From Terriglobia bacterium (GTDB lineage Bacteria > Acidobacteriota > Terriglobia > 20CM-2-55-15): DNA of 64,000 nt. The position numbers and the translations under genes are program-made. Under the pieces are notes generated by a model. It had not been told where the DNA came from. It ran no database searches and was given only the letters and a program-made list of their open reading frames with translations. The DNA lies in the NCBI GenBank assembly GCA_963664115.2, contig CAXWPJ010000009.1, positions 1,229,898 through 1,293,897 on the forward strand, in the 5' to 3' direction. This document shows, in pieces, positions 8,398 through 19,147 of this stretch (within the stretch, counting starts at the first letter, position 1; each line of letters begins with the position of its first letter).

Positions 8398-10107
8398 TCA
8401 GTAGGGTGCCGTCGTGATAGACGTGCCGTGGCGATAGAATTCGGCATCGTAGACCGTAGGTCCTGTGTCGCCGTCCAGCATGACCTCGCGTAGCATCCGA
8501 ATCGGAATCCCTCCCTGGCTCAGAAAGGCATCGTGGAAGCGCTTCAAGTCCACAGTCCTGTTTGCCTTCATCCAGTCGTCTCTCAACTTGTATAGCTGAA
8601 GTTTTCCGAAAGTGTAGCTGAGATAGGTGGGATCGTAGGTTCCACGGCGGGCCTCTTCGTAAGCGTTGGCCGGCTCCTGAAATCCCTTTGCTTCGAAAAA
8701 CTGTGCGCCCTCCTCAAGAGTCATACCTTCGGTATGCAGCTTGATGCCGACAACCAAGCGGCAGTCACGCAAAAGCGCTTCCTGGAGCTGCGCCAAATGC
8801 AGAAAACGCGTGTCCCCACCGTAATGCGCCTCGATCATCATTTGCTCGGCGTAATGTGCCCAACCTTCCACATTCGTATTGCAGTCGAGAATCTTCCGGG
8901 TTCGGGTGGGGAACCGGGATGCGTTTAAGAACTGCACGTAGTGACCGGGATAGGCTTCGTGAATCGTGATGATTTCCATGACGGGGCGATTGAACAGCCG
9001 CAGGTGCTCCCCCTTGTGCGCCGCGTCCCAGTCCGGTTCCGGCGGCGTTACGTAGTAGTAAGCCTCGCAATGTCCCTGCTCGTACGGCCCCGGCGTGTCC
9101 ATTGCCGCAAACACGCCAGACCGGAGGTATGGGGGAGTCTCCTTGATTAACGGGTGTGTGTCTCGGGGGAGGGTCACGATCTGATGCGCCTTGATGAACC
9201 GAACGATATCGGCCAGGGTGTCGTTCGCGAAGCCGATGAGGTTCTGCTCGGCTGGGTAGTCGTCGGACATCGCCCGCATCACCTCCGATGGCGTCCGATT
9301 GGGGTTGATCGCCTCAGTGACTTGGACAAAATCCCTGTAGTCCCGTTCCAGGTTGGCTTCTCCAATTGCGAGCAAGTCGGCTAGAGGCAGGTCGACCATT
9401 TCTTCGTATCGCAACTTTCTGAGGAAGGCGTCCTCACCTATTGCATAATCCGTAGTGGAACGGGGCAGTAGTTCCTCAGCCAGCCACGTCGCCACGCTCT
9501 CGATGGCATCTGACGCCGGCCTGTGAGCCGCCTTGAAATCCTCCAGCAGGCCTTTGTTTCCGCCCGCGGCCTCTGTGGCCCACGCGTCGAGCGTCTGTCC
9601 GAAGAAATCGGTCGAGCCCCGTGCCATGCGGATCGCCAAATCAGTGAAGGCCCGTGGCGATTCGGCGATGTTCGTCTTCATGGCGGCCACAGCCCGAGGT
9701 ATTCCGTGCAGCCGTGATGTGAGGGACTGAAGCCGCTGGGGGGGCGCTATGAAGTCACGTTTGATCAGCCCATCGACGGTGCTGCCGAGGAGCCAGAGAT
9801 ATTCGATCGGACTCCGCCGCCAGTTTGCGATGGTTTCCAGGTCGAGTAATTCGGCCTGTATACGGCCAGCGATCACGTCTCCATCAATTCTGTCCGAAGT
9901 TGAAAGTGCGGTCCGTCCCAATCGTTCGATCCGTTCGCCCTGCTCCTTGAGTTGGTCGATACGCTTGAGGTGGGCCGGGGCCGATAGGTCGGGAAAATCA
10001 CCGTCGCGATCGTGCAGTCCTTTGGATGTCGCCAGGGAAGGGTCGCGCTCGAACAGCGCGTCAAAGTATTCGTTCACGAAGGCCGTAAATTTGGAATTAT
10101 CCGTCAT
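8398..10107 (-). CDS. DUF885 family protein (putative metallopeptidase)
   Basis: HEAYPGHYVQ, EGWAHYAE, RLVVGIKLH, YLSYTFGKL. Confidence 0.9.
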   Translation of the reverse strand: MTDNSKFTAFVNEYFDALFERDPSLATSKGLHDRDGDFPDLSAPAHLKRIDQLKEQGERIERLGRTALSTSDRIDGDVIAGRIQAELLDLETIANWRRSPIEYLWLLGSTVDGLIKRDFIAPPQRLQSLTSRLHGIPRAVAAMKTNIAESPRAFTDLAIRMARGSTDFFGQTLDAWATEAAGGNKGLLEDFKAAHRPASDAIESVATWLAEELLPRSTTDYAIGEDAFLRKLRYEEMVDLPLADLLAIGEANLERDYRDFVQVTEAINPNRTPSEVMRAMSDDYPAEQNLIGFANDTLADIVRFIKAHQIVTLPRDTHPLIKETPPYLRSGVFAAMDTPGPYEQGHCEAYYYVTPPEPDWDAAHKGEHLRLFNRPVMEIITIHEAYPGHYVQFLNASRFPTRTRKILDCNTNVEGWAHYAEQMMIEAHYGGDTRFLHLAQLQEALLRDCRLVVGIKLHTEGMTLEEGAQFFEAKGFQEPANAYEEARRGTYDPTYLSYTFGKLQLYKLRDDWMKANRTVDLKRFHDAFLSQGGIPIRMLREVMLDGDTGPTVYDAEFYRHGTSITTAPY

Positions 10108-10207
10108 ACGTTAGTCCCGACCGGCATTATGGCATGGTCCGACAATCGTGCTTTTTGGTTGCCCGTGGAGACCGTCTTGATACAATTCGCGCGAGGAGCC
10201 TTTCAGC

Positions 10208-10582
10208 ATGAATCCAGCACCACCGGAAGTGCGACGCACGCTCGCGCGACTTCGCGTGGAGATCCTGACTTACCTGGATCGCGCCGAAAGCGAGACGGAC
10301 TTCTGCGGCCGCTGCCAGCTGCCACTTCCCTCAGGAGACTTCGAAGAATACGAGTTCTGTCCTTGGTGTGACCAGTCGTTCAACGGTGACGCGCCGCGTC
10401 TGGACGAATCGTGCCGAATCATCGAGCACCACTGGATCGTTCAGGAAGAGATCCAGTGCGGAGAGTGTGGCGGGGAATATGAACAGCCGAGTCGTTATCC
10501 GTTCTGTTTCTGTCCTCATTGCGGTGCACAATTCGCCTTTGAACACGAAGCAATTTTGGAATTGCCATTTCTGGTTCGATGA
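10208..10582 (+). CDS. Small protein with two zinc-ribbon modules
   Basis: CGRC...FCPWC and CGEC...FCPHC. Confidence 0.6.
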   Translation: MNPAPPEVRRTLARLRVEILTYLDRAESETDFCGRCQLPLPSGDFEEYEFCPWCDQSFNGDAPRLDESCRIIEHHWIVQEEIQCGECGGEYEQPSRYPFCFCPHCGAQFAFEHEAILELPFLVR

Positions 10583-10633
10583 CACGGTTCTTCCTGGATT
10601 GACGACGTAAGACGCTATGCTAGATTTTCTGCA

Positions 10634-12298
10634 ATGAAGCTATGCTCATTCCATAAACCGATAAGCGTCGGCGTTCTCCTTGTCGGTCTCGTGTGCGGAC
10701 TGCTCCAGTCCTATCAACTACAAGCGAGTCAGGAAGTTCGCCCCCGACCCAAGTTGATCCTGGTGCTTGCGATCGATCAAATGCGCTTCGACTACTTGAC
10801 CCGTTTTGACGATCTCTACGAAGGTGGATTGCGGACACTGATTGACGACGGAGCGGTTTTCACGAATGCGCGCTACCGTCACGCAGCAACGGAAACGGGT
10901 CCAGGCCATTCTGTGATCCTTTCGGGTCGTCATCCCAGCAGTTCCGGCATCGTCGGAAATGTTTGGTACGATCTGCTCTTGGGACGTTCGGTCAATGTCA
11001 TCGCTGACCCATTCCAACGCCCGCTTGGAGGAGAAGGCTCACAGGCGTCTCCGGTCAACCTGGTGGGTTTTACTGTAGGCGATACCTTAAAGCAGTCCAG
11101 CCCCGAATCCAAGATCGTCGGTGTGTCTCTCAAAGATCGATCTGCGATCTTGATGGCTGGCCGCCTGGGTGACGCAGCCTACTGGTATGAGACCTTTGGC
11201 GGCAACTTCATTACAAGCACCTACTACATGGATGAGGCTCCGCCGTGGCTGGATGCGTGGAACGGGCGGCACGTGGCGGATGGGTACGCTGGACGGCAGT
11301 GGACCCGTTCGATCGACGACGCGTCGATCTATGAACGCTATGCCGGCCCTGATGCTGTCGAAGGCGAGTGGGATCGAACAGATATTGTCTTCCCCCACCA
11401 GATCCGCGGAAATCCGCCCGAGCGTGGGTTCTATGACGATCTGAGACGGACGCCGTTTGCCGACGAGATGACGTTAGAGGTGGCCTTGGAGGCTATAACG
11501 GCTCATGAGTTGGGAACCGACGAGATTACCGATATTCTGGCGATCGGTTTCTCCGGTACTGACATCGTGGGGCACACCTATGGGGCGCAAAGTCAGGAAG
11601 TGATGGACCAGATGCTTCGACTGGACCGCGTCCTTAAGGAACTGTTTGACGAGATTGATGAGAGCGTCGGGTTGGGAGAGACTTTGGTCGTGCTCACTGC
11701 CGATCATGGATCTCTTCCCCTGGTCGAGACCCTGCAGACCAGTGGAATAGACGCTCGCCGCGTCGATCCCAATGTCCTTCGAAATGCGGTGGAAAGAGGA
11801 CTTCAAGATCGATTTACGGACTCATCGAACTTTGTTGCCAGCGCTGGATCGCGCAGTATCTATCTGGATGTAGCCGCCATCGAGCGTCAGGGTGCACGGC
11901 GGTCCGATGTTGAACAGGTCATCATCGAAGCACTCACCTCGACAGGGATCGTTGGTGCCGTCTACACTCAGGATCAACTGATCAGTGATCAGCCGTCGGA
12001 AGACCCCTACATCGGACTGTACCGCAATTCGTTTTTTTCTTCGCGAAGTCCACACCTTACGGTTCGGATTAACCCTTACATCTACCTGAGCAGCGAGTTC
12101 GCCGGAGGTACGGGTCACGGCACTCCATACGATTACGATCGCCACATTCCCATCGTCCTGATGGGCCCAGGCATCCAAGCCGGTACCTTCCCGCTCGATA
12201 GCGGTCCAGAGGACATCGCGCCAACTCTTGCCGAGATACTGGGCCTGGACTACCCCAAAGAACCGGATGCCCGTATCTTGAGCGAAGCCTTTCAATAA
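10634..12298 (+). CDS. Alkaline phosphatase superfamily protein (PafA/type I phosphodiesterase-like)
   Basis: IDQMRFDYL, TETGPGH, SLKDRSAI, DIVGHTYG, TADHG, TGHGTPYDYD. Confidence 0.9.
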   Translation: MKLCSFHKPISVGVLLVGLVCGLLQSYQLQASQEVRPRPKLILVLAIDQMRFDYLTRFDDLYEGGLRTLIDDGAVFTNARYRHAATETGPGHSVILSGRHPSSSGIVGNVWYDLLLGRSVNVIADPFQRPLGGEGSQASPVNLVGFTVGDTLKQSSPESKIVGVSLKDRSAILMAGRLGDAAYWYETFGGNFITSTYYMDEAPPWLDAWNGRHVADGYAGRQWTRSIDDASIYERYAGPDAVEGEWDRTDIVFPHQIRGNPPERGFYDDLRRTPFADEMTLEVALEAITAHELGTDEITDILAIGFSGTDIVGHTYGAQSQEVMDQMLRLDRVLKELFDEIDESVGLGETLVVLTADHGSLPLVETLQTSGIDARRVDPNVLRNAVERGLQDRFTDSSNFVASAGSRSIYLDVAAIERQGARRSDVEQVIIEALTSTGIVGAVYTQDQLISDQPSEDPYIGLYRNSFFSSRSPHLTVRINPYIYLSSEFAGGTGHGTPYDYDRHIPIVLMGPGIQAGTFPLDSGPEDIAPTLAEILGLDYPKEPDARILSEAFQ

Positions 12299-12443
12299 GA
12301 GTTGGATTTCAGACACAAAGGCTCAGAGAAACACACACGGATTGATACGCCTGTACGCTTCTGAGGACCCGAAGACACCTGTCTCCCCCCCTGCACCTCG
12401 GTGCCTCTGCGCTCAATAACTCTCTGTGTGATAATTTCACGCA

Positions 12444-14381
12444 ATGCCCGACACCAAGCCCTACGGTTCCTGGACGTCTTCAATCACTGCCGAGCTGATC
12501 ACGGCCAATGAGATCGTTCTGGCCAGACCGCTGTTTTCAGGTGGTTTTCTGAATTGGCTTGAAGGCAGACCGTTGGAAGGTGGTCGTAACGTAGTCGTCC
12601 GGCGCGACCCAACGGGCGTCGTCACCGACGTGACTCCGGATCCGTTTAGCGCACGCTCGCGCGTTCACGAATACGGTGGTGGCACATGGATAGCCGATGG
12701 TGAGCGAGTCTTCTTTACCGAGGATTCAAGCCAGCGACTCTATCGTGTGACAGGAAAAGAGGTCCCGACCCCGATTACGCCGGAGCCTCCCTCTCCCGGT
12801 TCCATCCGTTATGCGGACCTCTCCATGACTCCCGACGGCGACTCCGTGGTTGTCGTTCGTGAGGTTCACGACAACGATCACGAAGTCGTCAACGACCTGG
12901 TCATTGTTGCTGCCGATGGTTCGCTTGGACCGAGAAGTTTAACCGCAGGCCGCGACTTCTATTCGTTCCCCCGTGTTAGCCCGAACGGGAAGCGATTCCT
13001 CTGGACGTCCTGGGATCACCCGCAGATGCCGTGGGACGGGACCGACCTCTGGGTTGCGGGCCTCACTCCCGACGGCCTGTCTGTCGCGCAGCATGTTGCC
13101 GGAGGTGTAAAAGAGTCGATCTTTCAGCCTGTCTGGGGTGACGACGATACGATCTACTTCATCTCTGACCGAAGCGGTTGGTGGAATCTGTATGCATTTC
13201 ACGGTGGCGAGACACGCGCCCTTGTTCCGATGGAAGCTGAGTTCGGTGAGCCGCAGTGGGTGTTCGGGCTGTCGCGCTACGCTTTGATTGAAGGGGGTCG
13301 GCTCGCATGTGTATATACCCAGGGCGGAACCGATCATCTGGCCGTTGTCGACACCAAACGGAATAGCCTGGAGGATTGGCCGCTACCGTATACCGCAATT
13401 ACAGGGGTGGCCAGCGACGGGATTAAACGCGTCGCGATCATCGGGTCATCACCTTCTGTGCCCTCCGAGTTGGTGCTGCTTGAAGTCGGGTCCTCAGATC
13501 GGACCGTCATTAGGAAGAGCCTCGATGTTGAACTCGACCCGAGAGACCTGTCTCATCCACAACACATCGAGTTCCCTTCATCCGGAGGGCGCAGGGCGTA
13601 CGCGTTCTATTATCCGCCGACCAACAAAACGACCTCCGGGATTTCCGGCGAGAAACCCCCGTTGATAGTGACGAGCCACGGCGGTCCGACAACTCACGCC
13701 ACGTCCGGCCTCAAGCTTAAGACTCAGTTCTGGACGAGTCGGGGATTCGCGGTCGTGGACGTCAACTACGGCGGCAGCACAGGATACGGACGGGAGTACA
13801 GAAACCTTCTTCTGGGTCGTTGGGGGATCGTGGATCTTGAAGACTGTGTGGCAGTCGCCCGTCATCTGGCAGGGAAGGGATATGTCGATGGCGAGAGGAT
13901 GGCTATCAGGGGCGGGAGCGCCAGTGGATTTACGACGCTGTCTGCTCTCGTGTTTCATGATCTGTTCCGAGCCGGCGCGTCGTACTACGGCGTCGCAGAT
14001 CTGGAGGCCCTGGCTCGGGATACGCACAAGTTTGAATCCCGCTACCTGGACAATTTGATCGGCCCATATCCGGAACGCGCTGATTTGTATCGGAAGCGAT
14101 CACCTCTTCGGAAGGCAGAAAGTTTGTCGGCTCCGATCATATTCTTTCAGGGACTTCTGGATGCCGTAGTGCCGCCATCTCAAGCCGAGGAAATGATAGC
14201 CGCTCTCAGGAGAAATGCGCTTCCGTTCGCGTATGTGACTTTTGCCGAGGAACGGCACGGTTTCAGGCAAGCGGCCTCGATCCGTCGTTCGCTGGAAGCC
14301 GAGCTCTACTTTTATTCACGTGTGTTCGGTTTCGAGGCGGCAGATACTGTGGATCCGGTTGAGATAGAGAACTTCAATTGA
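12444..14381 (+). CDS. S9 prolyl oligopeptidase family peptidase
   Basis: PYGSWTS N-terminus, HGGPT, VNYGGSTGYGR, GGSASG, DAVVP, ERHGF. Confidence 0.92.
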   Translation: MPDTKPYGSWTSSITAELITANEIVLARPLFSGGFLNWLEGRPLEGGRNVVVRRDPTGVVTDVTPDPFSARSRVHEYGGGTWIADGERVFFTEDSSQRLYRVTGKEVPTPITPEPPSPGSIRYADLSMTPDGDSVVVVREVHDNDHEVVNDLVIVAADGSLGPRSLTAGRDFYSFPRVSPNGKRFLWTSWDHPQMPWDGTDLWVAGLTPDGLSVAQHVAGGVKESIFQPVWGDDDTIYFISDRSGWWNLYAFHGGETRALVPMEAEFGEPQWVFGLSRYALIEGGRLACVYTQGGTDHLAVVDTKRNSLEDWPLPYTAITGVASDGIKRVAIIGSSPSVPSELVLLEVGSSDRTVIRKSLDVELDPRDLSHPQHIEFPSSGGRRAYAFYYPPTNKTTSGISGEKPPLIVTSHGGPTTHATSGLKLKTQFWTSRGFAVVDVNYGGSTGYGREYRNLLLGRWGIVDLEDCVAVARHLAGKGYVDGERMAIRGGSASGFTTLSALVFHDLFRAGASYYGVADLEALARDTHKFESRYLDNLIGPYPERADLYRKRSPLRKAESLSAPIIFFQGLLDAVVPPSQAEEMIAALRRNALPFAYVTFAEERHGFRQAASIRRSLEAELYFYSRVFGFEAADTVDPVEIENFN

Positions 14382-15301
14382 CAATGCGTTGGATTTCAAT
14401 CGTCTGCATTCTCTACGCGACGGCCTTAGAGGCCCAGAATGGTGTGGGTTTGTGTAGGGAATGGGGCGAGGCCCGTGAAGTCGGTCAGTTGGACTCCGCA
14501 ATCATCCCCGAGGCAAGTGGAATGGAGTTTTCCTCGGATTTTCGGGACCGGCTGTACCATGTGGACGATTCTTCGACGCGTATCCATGTGACTGACGCTC
14601 AAGGCAACCTCCTCCAATCGGTATCGATCGAGGGAACCGGCGGAACCGACGTCGAAGATCTGGCGCTGGGTCCCTGCGGGGAAGCAACATGTCTGTTCAT
14701 CGCGGACATCGGAGACAATTCCCGTCAGCGAGACAGCATTGAAGTGATTGTTGTCGAAGAAGTCGAGGAATTTTCTCAACAAGTATTGCCCCGACATAGG
14801 ATTCGCCTGCGATACCCTGACGGTCCAATAGATGCCGAGGCGCTGGCGGTGCGTCCCAACGGTGATATCTTTTTGATGGCACGTCGGCTTTTCCCCGATA
14901 CTTCAGAAACCCATGCCGAACTATTCCGACTGCCTGCCGCGGCTTGGGTCGGCGAAGCAAATTCCAGCCCGACCCTTGAGCCCGTATCTTCGATTGATTT
15001 CCGGGAACTCTCCCCGACACTACCCGGTCAACTTGTTACGGCAATGGATTTTTCTGAGGACGGGGAACGACTGCTCGTTCTGACCTACGTTGACGCGTTC
15101 GAGTTCCAAATCGGACCGGCTGAAATGTTCGAGTTGAATCCTCCGTTGAATGAAGGGCAAGACTTTCTTCGAATTCGGCTCACACCATTGCGGCAGCAGG
15201 AATCGGTAGCCTATGTAATCGGATCTCCGGCAGTAATTTATGGGAGCGAAGCGGGCGGCGGGCGATCGCCTATCATGCGCGTCGAATGCCGGACTCGGTA
15301 A
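14378..15301 (+). CDS. Exported hypothetical protein (beta-propeller, phytase-like/SdiA-regulated type)
   Basis: Signal peptide, EASG, DVEDLALG, LFIADIGDN, DAEALAV. Confidence 0.65.
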   Translation: MTMRWISIVCILYATALEAQNGVGLCREWGEAREVGQLDSAIIPEASGMEFSSDFRDRLYHVDDSSTRIHVTDAQGNLLQSVSIEGTGGTDVEDLALGPCGEATCLFIADIGDNSRQRDSIEVIVVEEVEEFSQQVLPRHRIRLRYPDGPIDAEALAVRPNGDIFLMARRLFPDTSETHAELFRLPAAAWVGEANSSPTLEPVSSIDFRELSPTLPGQLVTAMDFSEDGERLLVLTYVDAFEFQIGPAEMFELNPPLNEGQDFLRIRLTPLRQQESVAYVIGSPAVIYGSEAGGGRSPIMRVECRTR

Positions 15302-15419
15302 AAGTCCTAGGACAGGAAATCTGAGAGAACCTTTGATCGGGCGTTGCCGTGGTGATAGGTTTCTAGCGATCTTCGCGGGGAGGCCAGACAAAACTCATAT
15401 CCAAAAAATATGAGTCACG

Positions 15420-18098
15420 GTGCTCATTATGCATTTCGCAGAAAGACTTTTCTTCTGGAACACCTTCCTTCATCTCAGCCAGTTTCTGTTGAACACCGCT
15501 TTCGGGTATTACGATCATGTTTACGGGATTGCGGTGGGCTGGGTGCTCACGTCCGTCCTTTTGGCGTTCTTCTACTTCCTGGAAGATAGAATCAGTCACT
15601 ACGTCTCCTCTTTTGCGTTTATCTCTTATTCGATCGTTCTCGTATACAACCTTGTCAGCGATCTCCACTGGCATGTTTTTGGAACCCCCTTTTCATACGC
15701 CCGCCTAGTTGAAGGCGCCCCCTTTGTGTATGAATATCTGACGGTCTCTTCCGTTCTGACGGGTGTAGCCGACGGGTATTCTTACCTCGTGTTCGCGTTG
15801 AGTTTTCTGGCATTGCTGGGTCCATTCATCCGCCTTCCTCGGAAGTTTCCTCTCAGGTTTCATCGACTGTACTGGAGATACGCGGGGATAGTTGGAGTTG
15901 GCTGTGCCAGCGTGCTGTTTGTCTTGAGTCCTACGGGGAGACGCGACTCGCTCTGGGGTTTCATGAATCAGGCGTTTTTGGTGACGAACGCCGACTTTCA
16001 GCAGAGAGCGGTCCATCAGCCTCTGCGTCTCTTCCTTCCGGAGAATAACTTCGAACCGGCCCCGCTGTTAGAACTCCCCCCCGACAGGCCGCGACCGAAC
16101 ATCCTCGTCATTAATTTGGAATCCGTTGGCGCTTCCTACATTTCTTCTTACGACATGCGGCCGGACGTTCGGATGGAACATTTCGATCAGCTTGCAAGCA
16201 CCGGCATCCTCGGAATGCGGCATTACAGCGTATTGGGAGGCTCGTCGCACGGAAATGACTGGGCGCTGTTGACCGGACTGTATGCACCCAGCTTCGGCCC
16301 CACGCCCTTTAGCGGCGACCGGTCGATTCTGCAGAAAAACCTACTCTCTTACGGGAAACAGGCCGGTTATAGAACAGGCAGCTTCGTCACTGACTTCACG
16401 GCATATCGGGAGTACTACAAGTTATTCAAGCATCCGGACTGCGACGTTTTTTATGACGCTAAATCTTCAGAATTGAGCCTCTTTCCCGGAGAGTTGACCG
16501 TTGAAGAAAAAATGGCGCGGCTCCTGTTTCGTGAAATTGACTCACCGCTTGACGAGCCCTTTATGTATTTCTATAAGACCAATAACGGACATTGGCCATA
16601 TCTCTCCCGACAGGGAGACGAGAGTATGTCTCCCCTTGATCGCTATAAACTCGCTCTTGGGGAGAACGACATGGTTTTGGGCGAGATCGTCGCGGGCCTG
16701 AAAGAAAGGGGACTATTCGAGAACACCATCATCCTGGTCACCGGCGATCACGGTGAATCGTTTCAGGAACACGAAAACTTGAGCATGCATTCGGGGGGCG
16801 TGTATGAGGAATTGGTCCATGTTCCTTTTGTGATTTCATATCCGGAGTACATTGCGGAGCCGATCGTAATTGGCCAAATCACATCTCATCTCGACATCCT
16901 GCCCACGCTTCTCGATCTGGCCGGCCTCGGAACGGAGGAGTTCGATGAACTGGAAGGCTACAGTTTGATCCGGACACTGCCTCCGAACCGGATGATCTTT
17001 ACCGTAAACGGCGATGACGGAACGGTGAACGGCGTAATCCAGAACGAGTATAAATTTATCCGAAAGTACTCTACCGATACCGAAATGTTGTATGACCTGT
17101 CAAAGGACCCGTTGGAGGAAATCAACATTGTTCAATTCCAGCCTGCGATTGCGGACTCTCTTCGGGAGTATGAAAAAACCTGGGTGGCGCACCGGCAGCA
17201 GCCGTGGGGCAGATCCCGCTACATGAATCCGGAATCGCTTGTCGAGAGTGATGTAGCGATTGTGGGTAACGTTGACGTTGATGTGTTTCTCAACGGGGAC
17301 AGGCTTGCAACCCTATCGGACGCGAAAAACTTGAGTCTTCCGGTTCAATTCAAGGAAGGCCATAACTTTGTAGCCATTACAGGTTTCGTGAGGTCCCGGG
17401 GGACGAATACCAGCTTACGCGTGCTGGTACGATCGATGGGTACGCAAATCGACACGGGTCCCGGGTGGCAAATTTCAAGCTCGCCTGAATATGTTCTCAG
17501 CCGCGCATGGCTCGACCAGACGACCGAACCCGACGAATGGGCCAGCCCCGTGGTGATACATAAAAGAGTACCCGACTACATCGAGTTTAGAGACGAAAAC
17601 TGGATTGAACTGGATCGACGAAAACCGTTTGTTCTGCGCCTGGATTTCGAGGTGGCCGATGGAAGACTCGTAGCAAATGAGTTGCCCCGTTGGTTGAACA
17701 TCAACGCGAATAGCCGCTTTCAACTCTTCATAGACGGTATGCCTGCGGGTTCCGGAGCAGACGACACTTACAGGTTCGCTTTTCCCCGACTCGACGGCGA
17801 AAGGCCTGAAATTCTCGTAGCCGCCTATGATGATGGAGGAAGGTTTGGCTTGTTGACGGCTGGCCGTCTTGGGGGATACGACCTCAAGAGCACTCCCGAG
17901 AATTGGGAATCGCTGGGAAACATGACGTATGAGGAATGGACAGGCTTGTCGGACGACCAGAAGCGTTCCAGCAGATGGACACGGCCTCAGATCAACGAGA
18001 GTTACCAGGTAGACGGGGACTGGGGGCAGGATGCGAAGAGGCTGTGGGCGCCGAACCAGGAAAGTGGAAGTGTCCTGTTTCGCTACGTGTACGAATAG
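15420..18098 (+). CDS. Membrane-anchored sulfatase/LTA-synthase-like protein with C-terminal extension
   Basis: N-terminal TM helices; PNILVINLES, GHWPY, TGDHGE, HVPFVI, HLDILPTLL, LYDLSKDPLE. Confidence 0.8.
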   Translation: MLIMHFAERLFFWNTFLHLSQFLLNTAFGYYDHVYGIAVGWVLTSVLLAFFYFLEDRISHYVSSFAFISYSIVLVYNLVSDLHWHVFGTPFSYARLVEGAPFVYEYLTVSSVLTGVADGYSYLVFALSFLALLGPFIRLPRKFPLRFHRLYWRYAGIVGVGCASVLFVLSPTGRRDSLWGFMNQAFLVTNADFQQRAVHQPLRLFLPENNFEPAPLLELPPDRPRPNILVINLESVGASYISSYDMRPDVRMEHFDQLASTGILGMRHYSVLGGSSHGNDWALLTGLYAPSFGPTPFSGDRSILQKNLLSYGKQAGYRTGSFVTDFTAYREYYKLFKHPDCDVFYDAKSSELSLFPGELTVEEKMARLLFREIDSPLDEPFMYFYKTNNGHWPYLSRQGDESMSPLDRYKLALGENDMVLGEIVAGLKERGLFENTIILVTGDHGESFQEHENLSMHSGGVYEELVHVPFVISYPEYIAEPIVIGQITSHLDILPTLLDLAGLGTEEFDELEGYSLIRTLPPNRMIFTVNGDDGTVNGVIQNEYKFIRKYSTDTEMLYDLSKDPLEEINIVQFQPAIADSLREYEKTWVAHRQQPWGRSRYMNPESLVESDVAIVGNVDVDVFLNGDRLATLSDAKNLSLPVQFKEGHNFVAITGFVRSRGTNTSLRVLVRSMGTQIDTGPGWQISSSPEYVLSRAWLDQTTEPDEWASPVVIHKRVPDYIEFRDENWIELDRRKPFVLRLDFEVADGRLVANELPRWLNINANSRFQLFIDGMPAGSGADDTYRFAFPRLDGERPEILVAAYDDGGRFGLLTAGRLGGYDLKSTPENWESLGNMTYEEWTGLSDDQKRSSRWTRPQINESYQVDGDWGQDAKRLWAPNQESGSVLFRYVYE

Positions 18099-18179
18099 CC
18101 CCCTGTCGCCTGGCGGGTGAGAGTGGCGGAATTGAACCGCTCGTTGTCGCACCGGAGAAAATCGAGAGTCCAGATAGCT

Positions 18180-18977
18180 TCAACCTTCATTCCGTGCCTT
18201 TTCCATCCACCGGCGCTCCTCGAGTGCCGCCATCACGAAACACGTAACGGCGGCCAATTCCAAACCTTCGTCCCAGAAGTCGACGTAGGGGTTTGCTCGG
18301 GTTGTTGCGGGAAACAGGCCCACGTCAAAAAACTGAGAGCAGAGGAAGAGCCCGACACCGACCGCGGCAAGCCACCCTGAACTTCTCGCGAACAACTGCT
18401 GTAGCTGTCCGGACTGCATCAACGGTCGGATCAGAAACAGGAACAGGACCAGAACGACGCCTGCCAGCATCAGGCCGACACCGAGACTCAGCCATGGTTG
18501 GTCCGCGAGAAAGTCTTCCAGCGTGTTGTGGACGTTCATCATGTTGAGGCTGAACCTTCCCTGGCGTACCGAAGGGATCTGCCGGGTCAGGCGGCCCCAA
18601 TCCGATTCCTCGCCGGCGCCCAGGATGGCAAAAACGCCGACCACCCGCCAGCAGACGGGGAATGCGGGGCGAAGGTCGCGGTGCCCAGCCTGGAACGCAA
18701 ACACCGCCAGCAGGATGTAGCCGACAAACTGGGCCGTTTCGACCGGACCGTTTTCCTGCAGCGCGACGCGGACGAATGTTGAACGCGGTTCGACCAGCAT
18801 CAGCAGTTCGATGATGCCGACGAAGAGTATTACCAGACCGAGAGATAGCCGAGTCGAAGCACTCATCGCAGATCTTGCAGCGCTTGGGTTGGCTACAAAC
18901 ACGCGGCCAAAGAACGTTTCACTCTTCACTTTCGGATCCCCCCGCTTCAGAATACTCGACGGTCGCATCCAATCCAA
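18180..18977 (-). CDS. Hypothetical integral membrane protein
   Basis: ~6 hydrophobic segments; ENGPVE, GEESDWG, NVHN motifs; start uncertain. Confidence 0.6.
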   Translation of the reverse strand: MDWMRPSSILKRGDPKVKSETFFGRVFVANPSAARSAMSASTRLSLGLVILFVGIIELLMLVEPRSTFVRVALQENGPVETAQFVGYILLAVFAFQAGHRDLRPAFPVCWRVVGVFAILGAGEESDWGRLTRQIPSVRQGRFSLNMMNVHNTLEDFLADQPWLSLGVGLMLAGVVLVLFLFLIRPLMQSGQLQQLFARSSGWLAAVGVGLFLCSQFFDVGLFPATTRANPYVDFWDEGLELAAVTCFVMAALEERRWMEKARNEG

Positions 18978-19147
18978 GCGTCAGAACGTTTAAATCGCTG
19001 TCATTAAAATACTTAGGGAATCAGGCTAGGCATGTTGCTGATTTACTCCATGTGGGCCCGGCCATATAATTTCCCCCGTTCTAGAAACTATTACGCCGCG
19101 CAGATGGCAAGTGTCAGGCAACGCATCGAGAGGAAAGGATCCTCGCT

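Noticed and set aside
18111-18143. tRNA/tmRNA-like 3' end on the minus strand (GCGGTTCAATTCCGCC…GCCA)
   Set aside because: Only a 4-bp T-stem-like hairpin; no acceptor partner, D arm or anticodon arm. It may be a terminator or chance match.
19104-19119. Sigma54 promoter for the pilin cluster (TGGCAAG-N4-AGGCA)
   Set aside because: GG-N10-GC spacing fits, but the -12 box lacks TTGC; too weak to call.
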